Below the pieces are notes generated by a model. It had not been told where the DNA came from and made no database searches. It was given only the letters and a program-made list of their open reading frames with translations. DNA of 64,000 bases, taken from contig NC_057750.1 of NCBI RefSeq assembly GCF_004010195.1, positions 18,638,542 through 18,702,541 of the forward strand, given 5' to 3'. Positions within the stretch are counted from its first letter, which is position 1, and each line of letters starts with the position of its first letter. The stretch comes from Chiloscyllium plagiosum (lineage: Eukaryota). Below, one piece after another: positions 51,310 through 63,260 of this stretch. Made by a program: the position numbers and the translations under genes.

Positions 51310-51860
51310 GCCATAGAGTTCTAGAGTCATGGAGATGTACAGCACGGAAACAGACCCTTCGGTCCAAATCGTCCATGCTGACCAGTTATCCGAGCCTAAT
51401 CTGGTCCCATTTGCCAGCACTTGGCCCATATCCCTGTAAACTTTTCTTATTTGTATACCCATTCAGATGCCTTTTAAATGCTGCAATTGTAGTACCTTCA
51501 CCACTTCTCTGGCAGCTCATTATATACACGCACAACCCTCTGCATGAATAAGTTGCCCCTTAGGTTCCTTTTATATCTTTCCCCTCTCACCCTCAACCTA
51601 GACCCTCGGGTTCTAGGCTCCCCCAACCCATGGAAAAGACTTTCTCTATTTATCCTATCCGTGCCCCTCATAATTTTATAAACCATTATAAGGTCACTGC
51701 TCAGTCTCTGATGCTCCAGGGAAAGCAGTCCCAGCCTATTCAGCCTCACCTTAGAGCTCAAATCCTCCAACCCTGGCAACATCCTTGTAAATCTTTTCTG
51801 AACCCTTTCAAGTTTCACAGCATCCTTCCGATAGGAGGGAGACCAGAATTGCACACCATC
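51310..51860 (-). mobile_element. CR1/HER1 3' end
   Basis: QFWSPSYRKDAVKLERVQKRFTRMLPG. Confidence 0.88.
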
Positions 51861-52579
51861 TTACATGAGTGAGATGTAATCAATGAGTTTATACATGCAC
51901 ACTGCCCCCCTTGGCTCCTTCCCTGTACTTTACATTGCTTTTTACATTTTCATTCTGTGACGACACTGCTTCTTTAACAAGGTTATTATGTCCTTGATTT
52001 CTTTCAGAGGTGTCGTAAAGGCTGAGGTTTCAATATGTCTGGAAATATCAACTTGAAAAAAGCTTTTAATATTTTTTTTAAAACACTTGTACAATGAAAG
52101 GGGAGAGGCCAGTTCTCCCAGTTCAGGGTTTGGTTTGGTTTGGTTTGGTTTGGTTTTAGCAAGTTGTTCTGTATGCAGCTGCTCGTCATGTTTTAGCTGG
52201 GAAGCCAGTGAAACAGCTGGGGACCCAAAGAAGCAGTTCCATGCTGATCCTCTCTCTCTCTCTCTCTCTGACATCTCGCTTGTAAGAATCTGTGTTTGAT
52301 TTTACCTTTACTTTTACCAAAGGAGTGTTTATGGGGACATTGCAAGAATTTGCGATAGAGTCGACTGGGTTTTTAGACAGGTTAAGTTATTCTATATTCT
52401 GTTCTCTTTTGTTCGTATTTCATTCAGTAGTATGTAAACAAATTCTGTTTTGTTTAAAACTGAGTAGTTGGGCCAGCTGCATCACTCCTGGAATATCCAT
52501 TTTGCACCTGCTTAAAACAAATAGAAAAGTTAGGGTCTGTGCCACCTTCTTGAAAGGTTCATTTAACTAATTAACTAAT

Positions 52580-52845
52580 TAAAGAACAGCCAGGGAATTC
52601 CTAGAAGCTTGGCACTCATCCACAAACTCCATCAACAAACACATAGACCTGGACCCAATATACCGGCCACTACAGCGGACAGCTGAAACTGACAACCGGA
52701 AGCGGCAAGGACAGGCCATTATAAATGCCGGAGGAAACACCACAGAAGCGCTTCACAGGAGGCTCCCAAGCATTGAGGATGTCACCTAGACATGGGACGA
52801 ACGTTTTCAACAAAAACTTCCAGCTCAGCGAACAGAACCACAGCA
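52580..52845 (+). mobile_element. 3' end of a second Penelope family with a decayed hammerhead
   Basis: Codes RTAREFLEAWHSSTNSINKHIDLDPIY (GIY-YIG C-terminus type); ttgaggatgtcacctagacatgggacgaacgt resembles a mutated CTGANGA...GAAAC. Confidence 0.65.
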
Positions 52846-54249
52846 ACTAATTATCTGTTTGAAAATGAAAATTAATCTGACTCTACCATCTTTTAAAAGT
52901 GGGCATACAATGTATTAGAGGCTAGCTTTGTAAAAACAGGCTCATATCCGCAATTGATAATTGTCCAAATTACATTGTATCTGAGGCCATAGTTTAGTAA
53001 GATTTCTGGCAGCAGAAGCAGATTACTGCCACCTATTCTGCCAAAGCTTCTCTTTCTCTTCTCCTCTGTTTTTCCCCTTGTTGGTGTTCTCTCCTGTGGT
53101 AGAGTGGCTAGAGGCCCAAATGATATGTGGACAACCAGCGGGCTGGAGATTCACACAGATTGGGGGTGACCACTGGGCTGGGGGCTCGCGAGGAGCAGGC
53201 ACTGTCAATGGGAAGTACAGGTGGAGTCAATGGATGGAAGGCTTGTTTGTCTGATGACTGGGCTGCATTCATGACTCTCTGTAGTTTCATGTGGACCTGG
53301 AAAGAGCAGTTGCCATACCAAGCTATGATACACCCAGATAGGATGCTTTCTATAGTGCATCTATAAAAATTAATAAGATTCTTTATGGACATGATGAGTT
53401 TCCTAAGTGTCCTGAAGAAGTAAAGGTATTGTTGTGCTTTCATGGCCATCATATCAATGTGGGTGGAACAGGACACATTGTTAGTGGTCTTCATTCCTAG
53501 GGAGTTGACGGTCTAAGCCATCTCCACCTGAGCACCACTGATGCAGCTAGGGGCATGCCCTCCACTCTGCTTCCTAAATCAGTTCCTTCATTTTGCTGAC
53601 ATTGATGGAGAGATTGTTGACTTTACACCATTCTGCTAAGTATTGTATCTCTTTCCTTTACTCTGTCTCATCGTTGTTAGAGATCCAATCTACAGCAAAA
53701 GGTGTTGTCACATATCCTTATCCATTGTGGTCTGTGGGTCAGGAAGTCAAGGATCTAATTGCAGAAGTGGGGAGTAGACACATAGGTCCTGGAGTTTGGG
53801 GATGAGCATGTTTGGAATCATGGCATTGAAGGTGGGGTTGATGTCAATAAGTAGGAGCATGACGTAGGCATCCTTGTTATCCAGATTATCCAGGATGAGC
53901 GTAGGACATCAGAGCGATGGCATCGGCCCTGGATCTGTTGTGGCACTTGGCAAATTGCAGAGGTTCAAGGCCATCTGGGAGGCTGGAATTGATGCAAGCC
54001 TCTCACAAACTAACCTCTTGAAGCACTTCATAATTATAGAAGTCAGAACCACTGGGCAGTAATCATTGAGGCACACTGCATTTTACTTTAACTGAGATTA
54101 TGGCAGTCTTCTTGAAACAGGTAGGAGCTGCAGATAGTCGTAGGGAGAGGTTGAAGATGTAAGCAATTACTATTGCCAGTTGGTCCAACAGGATCTGAGT
54201 GCACAGGTGGGGGCTCCTTGCGGGCCTGTCGATTTCCATGGGTTCACTC

Positions 54250-56575
54250 TCAAGAAGGCTGTGGGTATAGGTACATTTCTGACTGTAAAACAATAACCAC
54301 ACTTGGAAAAGATATGGCAGGCCTACAGACAACTGAAGACAGAGGACCAAAAACTAATAGGTAACATAAAGAACAGGTGGTGGGTGGAGAAAGCACTAGA
54401 AAACCATCGAATGGCTGACAATCATGACATGCATGGTTTCTTCTGTACTGTCAAGACCATGTACAGACCTAATACTGAAGGCCCCACCACACTGCTGGCC
54501 AAGGATAGAGTTACTCTTATCAAAGGTGAAGAAGCCATCAAAATATGCTGAGGGAGCACTTTAAAGACCTGCTCAACCAAGGCTCTGATGTTGTTTTGAT
54601 CTTCGTTGAATGCATCCCACAGCATACTACAGACCATGAGCTCAGCAACACCCAAGCCCTGAACAAAGTTGAGAAGTCAGTTGAGAACAACAACGTTGCA
54701 GGAGCCGAGACTGTGTTGCTGCAAAAGCACAGTATGTCAGGCAGCATCCAAGGAGCTGGAGAGTCAATGTTTCAGCCGTAACCTGAAACATTAGACTCTC
54801 CTGCTCCTTGGATGCTGCCTGACCTGCTGTACCTTTCCAGCACCACACTCTAGACTCTGATCTCCAGCATCTGCAGTCCTCACTTTCTCCCAACTTTGCA
54901 GAAGCACATGGTGCCCTCTCTGAGGCACTGAAGTACAAAGGCAAAAAGCTCCGGCTGCAGCTACACACCCTTGTCTGCCTTATCTGGAAGGAGCATGACA
55001 TCCTGGGTGGGCTCCTAGATACCACAGTTGTGAGTATTTTCAGAAAATGGAACAACTCTGACTGTGGTAACTAAAGCGGATCTCCCAGCTGTCAACTGCT
55101 GGAAAATCCATCACCGAGGTCCTCATCAACTGTCTCTTCCCTGTGGCTGAAGAACTCCACTGGAGTTGTGGTGTGGCTTCTGGCTGTGGAGGGGCACAAT
55201 GGACATGATTTACACTACACAATAGCTGCAGGAGAAATACAGTGAAAAGAATCTATTCCTGTACGTGCCTTTCTTCAACCCTACAAAGGCCTTTGACATT
55301 GTCAATTGGAAAGTATTATTGAGCGTCCTTCTCCATTTTGTTTGTACCATGAAGTTTGTCACCATTCTCTGCCTCTATCGGACAGCATGGAATTCATGCT
55401 GATGATATGCCCCATTCGAGCCAGTATCATGCAGGGTTGCATCATCACCTCAGCACTGTTCTCGATCTACCTCGCTGCAATATTTTACCTCACCACCGAC
55501 AAACTCCCCACTGGAATAGAGCTAACTTACAGAATCTATTGGAAATTATTCAATCTCTGCCACCTTCAAGCCAAAACCAACATTACCACAACCAGTGTCA
55601 TCAATTTGCAGTTTGCAGATGATGCATGTGCATGTGCACACTCAGAGGACCTACTCCAGACCATTGTCAGTAATTTTACAGGGGGATATGAGACAAAGGG
55701 TCTCACCCTGAACATTCACAAGACAAAGGTCCGCATAAATCTGGCCTGGCATTTTGGAGCAATGATCATCAATGACCATGGGAAGGCTCAGAGAACCTTG
55801 ACCACTTTCAACACCTCAGAAGTGTCCTGTTGGCCAAATCAACTATTGATGAAGAGATCCAATATTGCCTTCAGTGTACTAGCACAGCCATCATCAGCCT
55901 GAGGAAAGTGTGTTTGAGACCAACAACATCAGACCAAGATGATGATATACAGAGTTGTGGTGGTTTCCAACCTTCTATATGACTCTGAGATGTGGATTGT
56001 CTACTGTTGACACCTCAAGGCACTACAGCAGTACCATCAATGCTGCCTACACAAGATTCTGTGAGTTCACTGGGAAGAAAGATGCACCAACACCAACGTT
56101 TTTGACTAGGCCAACTTCCCCAATGTCAAAGCACTGACCACCCTTGATTGGCTATGATGGCTGGCCATGTCATCCGCATGACCAAATGAGACAACCCAAG
56201 GAGGTTCAAAATAACAGGTGAGCCCCAGATGGACAGAAGTACTTTGATGATACTCTCAAAGCCTCACTGGCAAATTACAGCTTTCCTACAAACACCTGGG
56301 AATGACTGGCCCAATACCATCCAAAGTAGAGGAGAAGCATCCAGCGGCCGGTATTGAGCACTTTGAATCTTGCTGTCAAAAGATGGAAACAGGGGAAAAT
56401 CAGCAAATGGAGCACACTGCCACAAAATGCCCAAACCACCCTTTCGCATGATCACAATCTGCCCCAAGTATTACAGACTCTGCGGTAACCACATTAGTCT
56501 GTACAGCCACCTTTCGACTCATCCTGAGAGTGGACGAGAGTCATCCTAGCATTGGAGGGACTGTCGATGATGGTG
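54250..56575 (+). mobile_element. RTE-clade LINE (degenerate) containing a palindromic Penelope-derived insert at about 54706-54890
   Basis: KAFDIVN, QGCIIT, LQFADDA, GLTLNIHKTKV motifs. Confidence 0.75.
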
Positions 56576-57104
56576 TATCTGAGGCTGTTGGGTCAGGTGG
56601 CATTGTTTCACTGACTTTCTGTTCAAAGCAAGCATAGAATGCTTTGAGCTCATTGTTGCTCATGATTCTGTTTCACCTCGCTTTGTAGCCCAATATATCG
56701 TGCAATCCCCGCCATAAATAATGAGTGTCCATATGGTTTGTCTGGGTCTCTAACTTAGATTGTTATCATCTCTTGGCCTCTGTAACGGCTTTGTCAAGGT
56801 TATACCTAGATTTCCTGTATAGGTTAGGGTCAACTGACATGAATGTCTCAGACCTGGACTTCAGTAGGAACTGGATTTCCCAGTTCATCTATGGTTTATG
56901 ATTGGGAAACTTATGAATTAACTTTTTTGGCATGCAGTCTTCTACACAGTTACCAGTGAAGGCTGTATTTGTAGTGGCATACTCATTTAGGTTGGCTGAG
57001 TTCCTGAATATGAACCAGTATACTGATTCTAAGCAGTCCTTAGAAGCCCTTTCCATTGTCTCAGACCAACACTTATGTACTGGGTCCTTACTCTTCAAGT
57101 TGTA

Positions 57105-57400
57105 TTGCTTTGAACAGAAGGTCAGTGAAACAATGTCACCTGACCCAACAGCCTCAGAGACATCATCATCGACAGTCCCTCCAATGCTAGGATGACTCTC
57201 TTCCACTCTCAGGATGAGTCTGTAGGTGGCTGTACAGACTAATGTGGTTACCGCAGAGTCTGTTACACTTGGGGCAGATTGTGATCATGCGAAAGGGTGG
57301 TTTGGGCATTTTGTGGCAGTGTGCTCCATTTGCTGATTTTCCCCTGCTTCCATCTTTTGACAGCAAGATTCAAAGTGCTCAAAACCGGCCGCTGGATGCT
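57105..57400 (-). repeat. Inverted duplicate of 56336-56631
   Basis: About 296-nt reverse-complement match with few mismatches; flanked by tcaagttgtatt direct repeats. Confidence 0.9.
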
Positions 57401-58732
57401 CAAGTTGTATTCTCCTGAAAGGAGAAGCACAGCCTGTGATTTGGTTTTCCGGGGAGGGGGAGTGAGGAGGTGGTGGAGGTGGAGCAGTAGGCATCTTTGA
57501 TGGTTGTATGACAATGGTCAAAGACGTTTGAATGTCTGGTGAGAAAGTAAAGGTGTTGAGGGTATTTTGTTAGCAGATTCTTGAGGTTGACCTGTGTGAC
57601 TTCACTGGCTATGATGAACAAGACCTCAGGCATTCTACCTCAAGACTTTTGTGGTGTATTGTTCATCAAGCACACTATTCATCAGGTGGAATATAGACTG
57701 CTGTCAGGATAATAAAGGTGAACTTGCATGGCCGGTATTAGGGTTGGCACTTCACCATAAGATATTCTGAGTCCGGGGAAGGGTGGGCAGGTTGGGGTGG
57801 GGTGGGGTTGGAAGGTAGGTGGTGGCATAACTCACTGGGATCACTATGTCTGAGCACCAGATGCTGTTGATTAGGAGGAAGACCTTAACGCTGCTTACCT
57901 TGCATGAAAACTCTGAATGGTCTATCTGATGAATAGGGATAATTTGGGTTGTCAGGTACAGTCAGGTATAGCAGGAGGGGGCCATGTCTCTGAAAAGCAA
58001 AACACATAACAGTCTCTCAAGTTCATTTAGAAGGTGTGTCTCGCTTTAAGATCATCAAGCTTGTTTTAAATAGTTTGGATTTTTGCCAGGAGCATCTGCG
58101 GAGTGGGGACTTGAATCCACGTAGTTTCAGTCTCACGTGAAGGCCAGCATGTCTCCCACATTTCCTGAGTCGATGTCCTTTTGTAGTGTGGATATCTGTG
58201 GTCTCTCTCCATTTAAATAGCATCCCACTTTTGTATTCTTCCTGCCACACTAGACAAGTTCACGTTTCCTCATATTACACTACAACTGCCAACGTTTTGC
58301 CCAAATAGCTGGGCTCTCTATTTCCCTTCACAGACAATTTCCCTCTTCTTGACAACTTACATTCCTGTTCCCATGTACTTTCTGCCTTTGTCTCTCTAAA
58401 TGGCAGTGGTTGCGGGTTTGGAAGGTGCTTTTTCAGGAACATTTTTTCTCCTCTTCTCATTCTAAACCCACACCCTGGGACCGTGATCACTTTTTCTTGA
58501 CACTATGGCCAGGTGAAACATTGTCCCTGCATCCAGTATGTTCAGTCCTTATCATTTATATGTTTCAACGAGATTCTCTCTCAATCATCATGTGAATTCA
58601 GGCCCAATTGACTCAACCTCTCCTCAAATGACAAGCCTGCCATCCTAGGAATCAATCCAGTAAACCTCTCTGCTGTATGTCTATGGCAAACATAATACCA
58701 TGTTGTCAACATGGAATGTTTTCGAAACTCAC

Positions 58733-58765
58733 CTTTCTCTTTCAGTTTTTCATCCCTTGGTGTAC
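58733..58765 (-). other. Candidate 33-nt exon (with 87-nt upstream intron 58766-58852)
   Basis: ctttttctactttttctctatctttggtcgcag|GTACACC...GAGAAAG|gtgagt; upstream donor AACC|gtgagtc; G-run-rich short intron. Confidence 0.45.
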
Positions 58766-59716
58766 CTGCGACCAAAGATAGAGAAAAAGTAGAAAAAGGT
58801 GACCCACTCCTCCCCTAATCTCCTCCCTGTCACTCCCATTCATCAGACTCACGGTTTTGCCACTTTACACCAGAGCACTCCGTGACAGAATGTGTAACGT
58901 CTCACACTTAATTGAGTTTGAGATCACTCTCCTTAGAAGCAGTTATAAAAACAATTTAGTCAGTTACTCAATTTGCTGCTGTCACCCACTCTGCAGTAGA
59001 AACCTTGATATGCTTGCTTTGCTTTGATTCCAAGCCTCTAAGATACTTTAGACTTAAATGAAATACCAAATTGTCGGCAAGTAGTCCTAGATTTTATAAA
59101 GGATTCATACTAGAACTTTTTACCTCCTACCACCCCTCTTACGAATTCAGTCTTTCCATTCTGTCCTAGAATGATGTCTTTCTGTGTTGCATCACAGAGT
59201 AAGAGAACGTCACGAGCCTCGGCTCAACGATGATGACACTGCATGGTTGAATCCCTGACACTCAAAACACTAACTACCTTTGCATTCCGAATGGCTGGTG
59301 GTTGATTCTTTTCCTACTTAATCCCGAGAAGTGCGCATCCAGACATTATCTGCCTTTCAACTATTCCCCCCCCCCCCCCCCCAAACACACATAAAATCGT
59401 ACATGGTATATCCCACCGATCAAGGTGTAAGGGTTTATATTGTTTCATTCTTATCAGTTGAGCCTTCTATATCTGCCTCACAAATACGGTGATTATGGGT
59501 TACCTTAAACGCATCTAGCGTGTTTGCCCATTTTCTACATTCTCATCAGTCACCGAATTTCTCCTGAACCCGGTATTGAACAGAATTGGACTTATCTTGC
59601 AGTTATCGTCCTGTCATCTTGAAAGTGTAGGTTTGAATGCGTAGCACTTTAATAATCTCGTATGCTTGAACTGTATTTCTGTTAATCCGCCGTAACCCAG
59701 CTCAATTTGTGCAAAG

Positions 59717-59755
59717 GGTTTTTGTCTCAGTTACCTGAGACCATGAAGCGCTGTG
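59717..59755 (-). promoter_or_regulatory. V-beta 23-RSS
   Basis: CACAGCG, 23-nt spacer, ACAAAAACC. Confidence 0.95.
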
Positions 59756-60059
59756 TTACTGGCTGCACAGAAATAACTTGCGCTGTCGGTGAGTTCAACG
59801 CTGTCAATCTTCAGGATAGATTTTTTATTTTCCATTGTCTTCGTAATAGTAAAGCCGCTCTTGAAGCCATCTTCATACTGAGCTTCCCCTGCTAAATACA
59901 TGTACCCGATTAACGCGAAGCTTCCATCGGCCGATTGACGATACCAGAACATGTTATCACGTATCGTCCCTTCCTGCAGACAATTCAGTTCGACCGATCC
60001 TCGTGGGTTGAGGGCAAGCGAAGCGGGCCATTGGCGCACCTCATCACCCCGGGAACCAC
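59756..60059 (-). CDS. TRBV: TRBV V exon (D-proximal V)
   Basis: tttccag|GTGGTTCC acceptor; DEVRQWP...VELNC...MFWYRQ...DSASYFCAAS; 23-RSS; same orientation as D-J-C. Confidence 0.94.
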
Positions 60060-60394
60060 CTGGAAATGAGAATTAGAGATGAAAAAAATAAAGATTTTCG
60101 AGCAATACTTGAGGCAATGGATAGAGACAGCGGATTATCTATAAGAATTCAGCTTTTGTCCTAATTTCCTACAAGTCACTGAATTCATGCAAATCCAATA
60201 GGATTAGTGAAATATGCGTGCCTGACGCAAGTGCAATAATTTAAAAGGTTCTGTCCTATAATGACCAGAATAAATACGGCACTCTATTAAGTAATTGTTT
60301 TCTGATTTCACAAGTCAACATCGTACTGCATTAGTTGCAGAGCCTTAATCATTTCCTCTCCTTGATGAAAAGGCAGGAGAGAATTTTAACATAC

Positions 60395-60440
60395 TAAGAG
60401 CGAGAAGGAAACCACCGAAGACGATCAAACTAAATCGCAT
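60395..60440 (-). CDS. TRBV: TRBV leader exon MRFSLIVFGGFLLAL(S)
   Basis: ATG at 60440; hydrophobic signal peptide; A|gtatgt phase-1 donor in frame with the V exon. Confidence 0.88.
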
Positions 60441-60515
60441 CTCTGCATCAGATTTAACAGGCGTTCTGCTAGATGGGCAGGATCTCAGGGGCGTTGATTA
60501 AGTGCAAGCAGAGCA

Positions 60516-60533
60516 TTACGTCATAAGCAGATG
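60516..60533 (-). promoter_or_regulatory. V-beta promoter CRE-like element plus E-box
   Basis: TGACGTAA about 76 nt upstream of the ATG, analogous to the CRE decamer of TRBV promoters; cagatg at 60528-33. Confidence 0.6.
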
Positions 60534-60924
60534 ATGCACCTCAGAGATGATCTCCACCCCATTTTCGCGGGGAGGCGGTGCTTGCCTGCATGCTAGTCTG
60601 CTCTGTATTTCATGAAACGGTAATGGGATTGACCCATAACAATTAGGAACGGAAAGCCCATAAACCAACTAAAAAAAAAATGCATTTGTTTTGTTTCATT
60701 CCAAATATTTTCATTTCCGTTTCCTAGTTGAATTAATTTTCATGAAATTTCAAGGAAGAAATTAGTTTTTTTCGGAATTGGGGGTGGGGGAGGGGGTCGT
60801 GGAGGGAGGAGCTGTCGAGGTTTGCGGCTATGACCATCCGGCACTAATTTGCCCAATTTTGTCCAACACGGAATATATCTACAGCGCTGTACCCCGCTAC
60901 AATAAATATTGATAATGCAAGATC

Positions 60925-61082
60925 GGGGTTAGGTGAATTGGCCATGCTAAATTTCACGGTGGTGTTAAGTCAGGTGTATATATAGGATAATAGGGTAGGG
61001 GGATGGGTTTGGGTGGGTTACTCATCGGAAGGTCAGTGTGGACTTGTTGGGCCGAAGGGCCTGTTTCCACACTGTAGGGATT
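60925..61082 (+). mobile_element. 5'-truncated HE1 SINE
   Basis: ttaggtgaattggccatgctaaat...gggcctgtttccacactgtagggattc. Confidence 0.8.
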
Positions 61083-61469
61083 CATGAAAAAAAGGCAGAA
61101 GCTGGGAATTCTGTGCCGAGCGCTCATCGCCTGACAGCTCAAACTATCTTCAGTATTAGGCACAAATCAAGGGTGCGATGAAAAAAAATCTCCATCGTCT
61201 AGATGATTGAAGCTCCAACTGGACTCAAGGAGCCCGCCACCATCCATGCCACAACAGCCTGCTAGATTGACACTTATCCATCATCTTGAACATTCATTCC
61301 CACCACCAGGACAAGCCATCTGCAAGATCCACTCATCCAAGGCACCTTAAAAGTCGAAACCTCTGCCATCGAAATGAACAACGACAGTGGATGCATGGGA
61401 GTACAGCCATCACCAAGCTCCGGTCCAAGACACAACGCCATCCTGATGGAACATTATTGGTTTCCCTTG

Positions 61470-62150
61470 AGGGTGGGGGCATCACAAACCTGACAAAGAG
61501 ACAGCAATATGGCGGCGGGGGACTGGCAGCACAGCATTCCAGCTCATGTTCTGGGGCTCGTCCGCCTGCGTCTGCTTTCTTTTCTTTTTGTTTCTTTTAT
61601 TATTTAGGGTTTTTTTTCTTTTAAAGAAGTTGAATGCAGCGGCCGGAGAGAGAGGGCCAGCAGCGCGGAGAGGAGACAGCCAGAGCTCTGCAGCAGTTAA
61701 AAAAAACAGCCTGACCCGGCCGCCGGAAGGGGGGAGAGAGAACGGGACCCTGCAGCGGGGAGGGAGGAGAGAGAGAGAGAGAGAGCGGGACTCGGCAGCG
61801 GGTAGGGGGATAGAGAGAGGGGACCCGGTGGTGGGAGGTTTGGGGGGGGCGGCTGGAGGGGGGAGAGAGAGGGACCGGCAGCGGGGACGGGGGAGAAGAG
61901 TGTGAGTTAGCTGTGAAGCATCTGTACCGCTCCAGGCTGGCCGCATTCTTTTTAACTCCCCTTTTTGTTTACTTACCTTCTGGAGAGAGTGCAATCGCGG
62001 CGCTGGCATCACGGGGAGGGTAGTAGCGGCCGTGGGTCCCGAGCGGTGGCGGCTGGCTATCAGCTGTGGGCTGAGACCAGCTTGGTTTGAGTGAGCCTGA
62101 AATATCAGTCCCCAGGGATCTGCAGCGTCGAGACCAGGAAGCCCGAGCTT
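61470..62150 (+). mobile_element. CpG/purine-rich insert of unidentified TE type
   Basis: Abrupt GC/CpG-rich block with atggcggc (YY1-like) and repeated gagagagggacc..gcagcggg units inside a decayed LINE tail. Confidence 0.4.
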
Positions 62151-62669
62151 TCCTGGAGAGTGGGCCAAAGCGCAGAAAACCGAACCCTTGCCTTCAACAA
62201 GGCAATCCACTACCATTTTCTCTGGGGTAATTCGAGTTGGTCAAAAAAACTGACTTGGCAAACGACATCCGCACTCCCTACTTATTTGCTTAAATAGCTC
62301 TTCGTACAATAGTCCACTGCACCAATGGGTTACTGCCAATTTTCAAGTTGGACGTTGTGTCCTTCAGGGTTCACATGACTACAAATCGAAATTTGAAGCC
62401 TTCTTCAAGTTCAGTCCTTGTAAAGACGTCCATTATCTAACGTCAGGTTACAGTTAAACTTAGTAATTCTCCGACCATCAGCAAATCAGTAATCCGGTAT
62501 AACTAGTTTGCAATTACTTAAGAAAAAAGTGATTATTTCAATACCAAGGGCATCCAATATGGATAAAGGAGGTTCACTGGACCCAAAAAGTTAACTTTGC
62601 TTTCTCTCTGCAGATGCTGTTCGACCTGTTGAATTTGGTCAGATCTTCAGCTTCCTCAGTTCTTTGCTT

Positions 62670-63260
62670 TATTTCAATGACCATTCAACCGAGCGAGTCA
62701 GCTCCACCGTTCACTGAGGTAATAGCCATTTTGAAAATCCTCAACTCCACTTTCTTGCCTTTGCTTCATAACTCTTGATTCCCTTACTGATTAAAAATAT
62801 GTCTTGCTCAGCCTTGGACATACTAAATGATTCAGCCTCTACCATGATCAGTAGCAAATATTTCCACAGATTGATTACCTCCAGTGAGGACTCCTCTGAT
62901 GCAGTGATAATTTCCTTATAACTCAAGAGAAGTTGTAAGATTTGGATTCAAGTCCTACCTGTTGTTGAAGCATGTCATGGCATTTTGATTAAAGATATAC
63001 ATGGGAACCCTCCGTGACGGTGAAAATCTCTTCATCTCTGTCTTAAGAGGGTGACCCCATCCTCTGAAATCTTGCCTCTGGTCCTCAACATTCCTACAAG
63101 AGAGGAATTTTAAGTATTTCAGTCAATTTGCCCCTCATTCTGATAAATTCCAATGAGTACAAGCCCAACCTGCTAACTTCTTTTAAGGTTGTCCCTCCTA
63201 TATGGCCAGCCGAGTACGCCTTCTCTGGGGTGCTTCTATTGCCTTAGATAAGGAAAATGA
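62670..63260 (-). mobile_element. Old CR1 3' fragment
   Basis: ORF 62741-62926 (...VEAESFSMSKAEQDIFLISKGIKSYE..) resembles a CR1 C-terminus. Confidence 0.6.

Larger units (their letters stand above)
53205..58200 (-). mobile_element. Rex1/Babar-type LINE, split by an RTE insertion
   Basis: KAQQYLYFFRTLRK...NFYRCTIESILSGCIIAWYGNC...LQRVMNAAQ; continues at about 56575-58200. Confidence 0.75.

Noticed and set aside
59756-60440. NAR-TCR-style supporting V or Ig-type V
   Set aside because: The V has its own leader and promoter, only the canonical two cysteines and a TRBV-like YFCAAS end; no upstream V-D-J cassette is visible.
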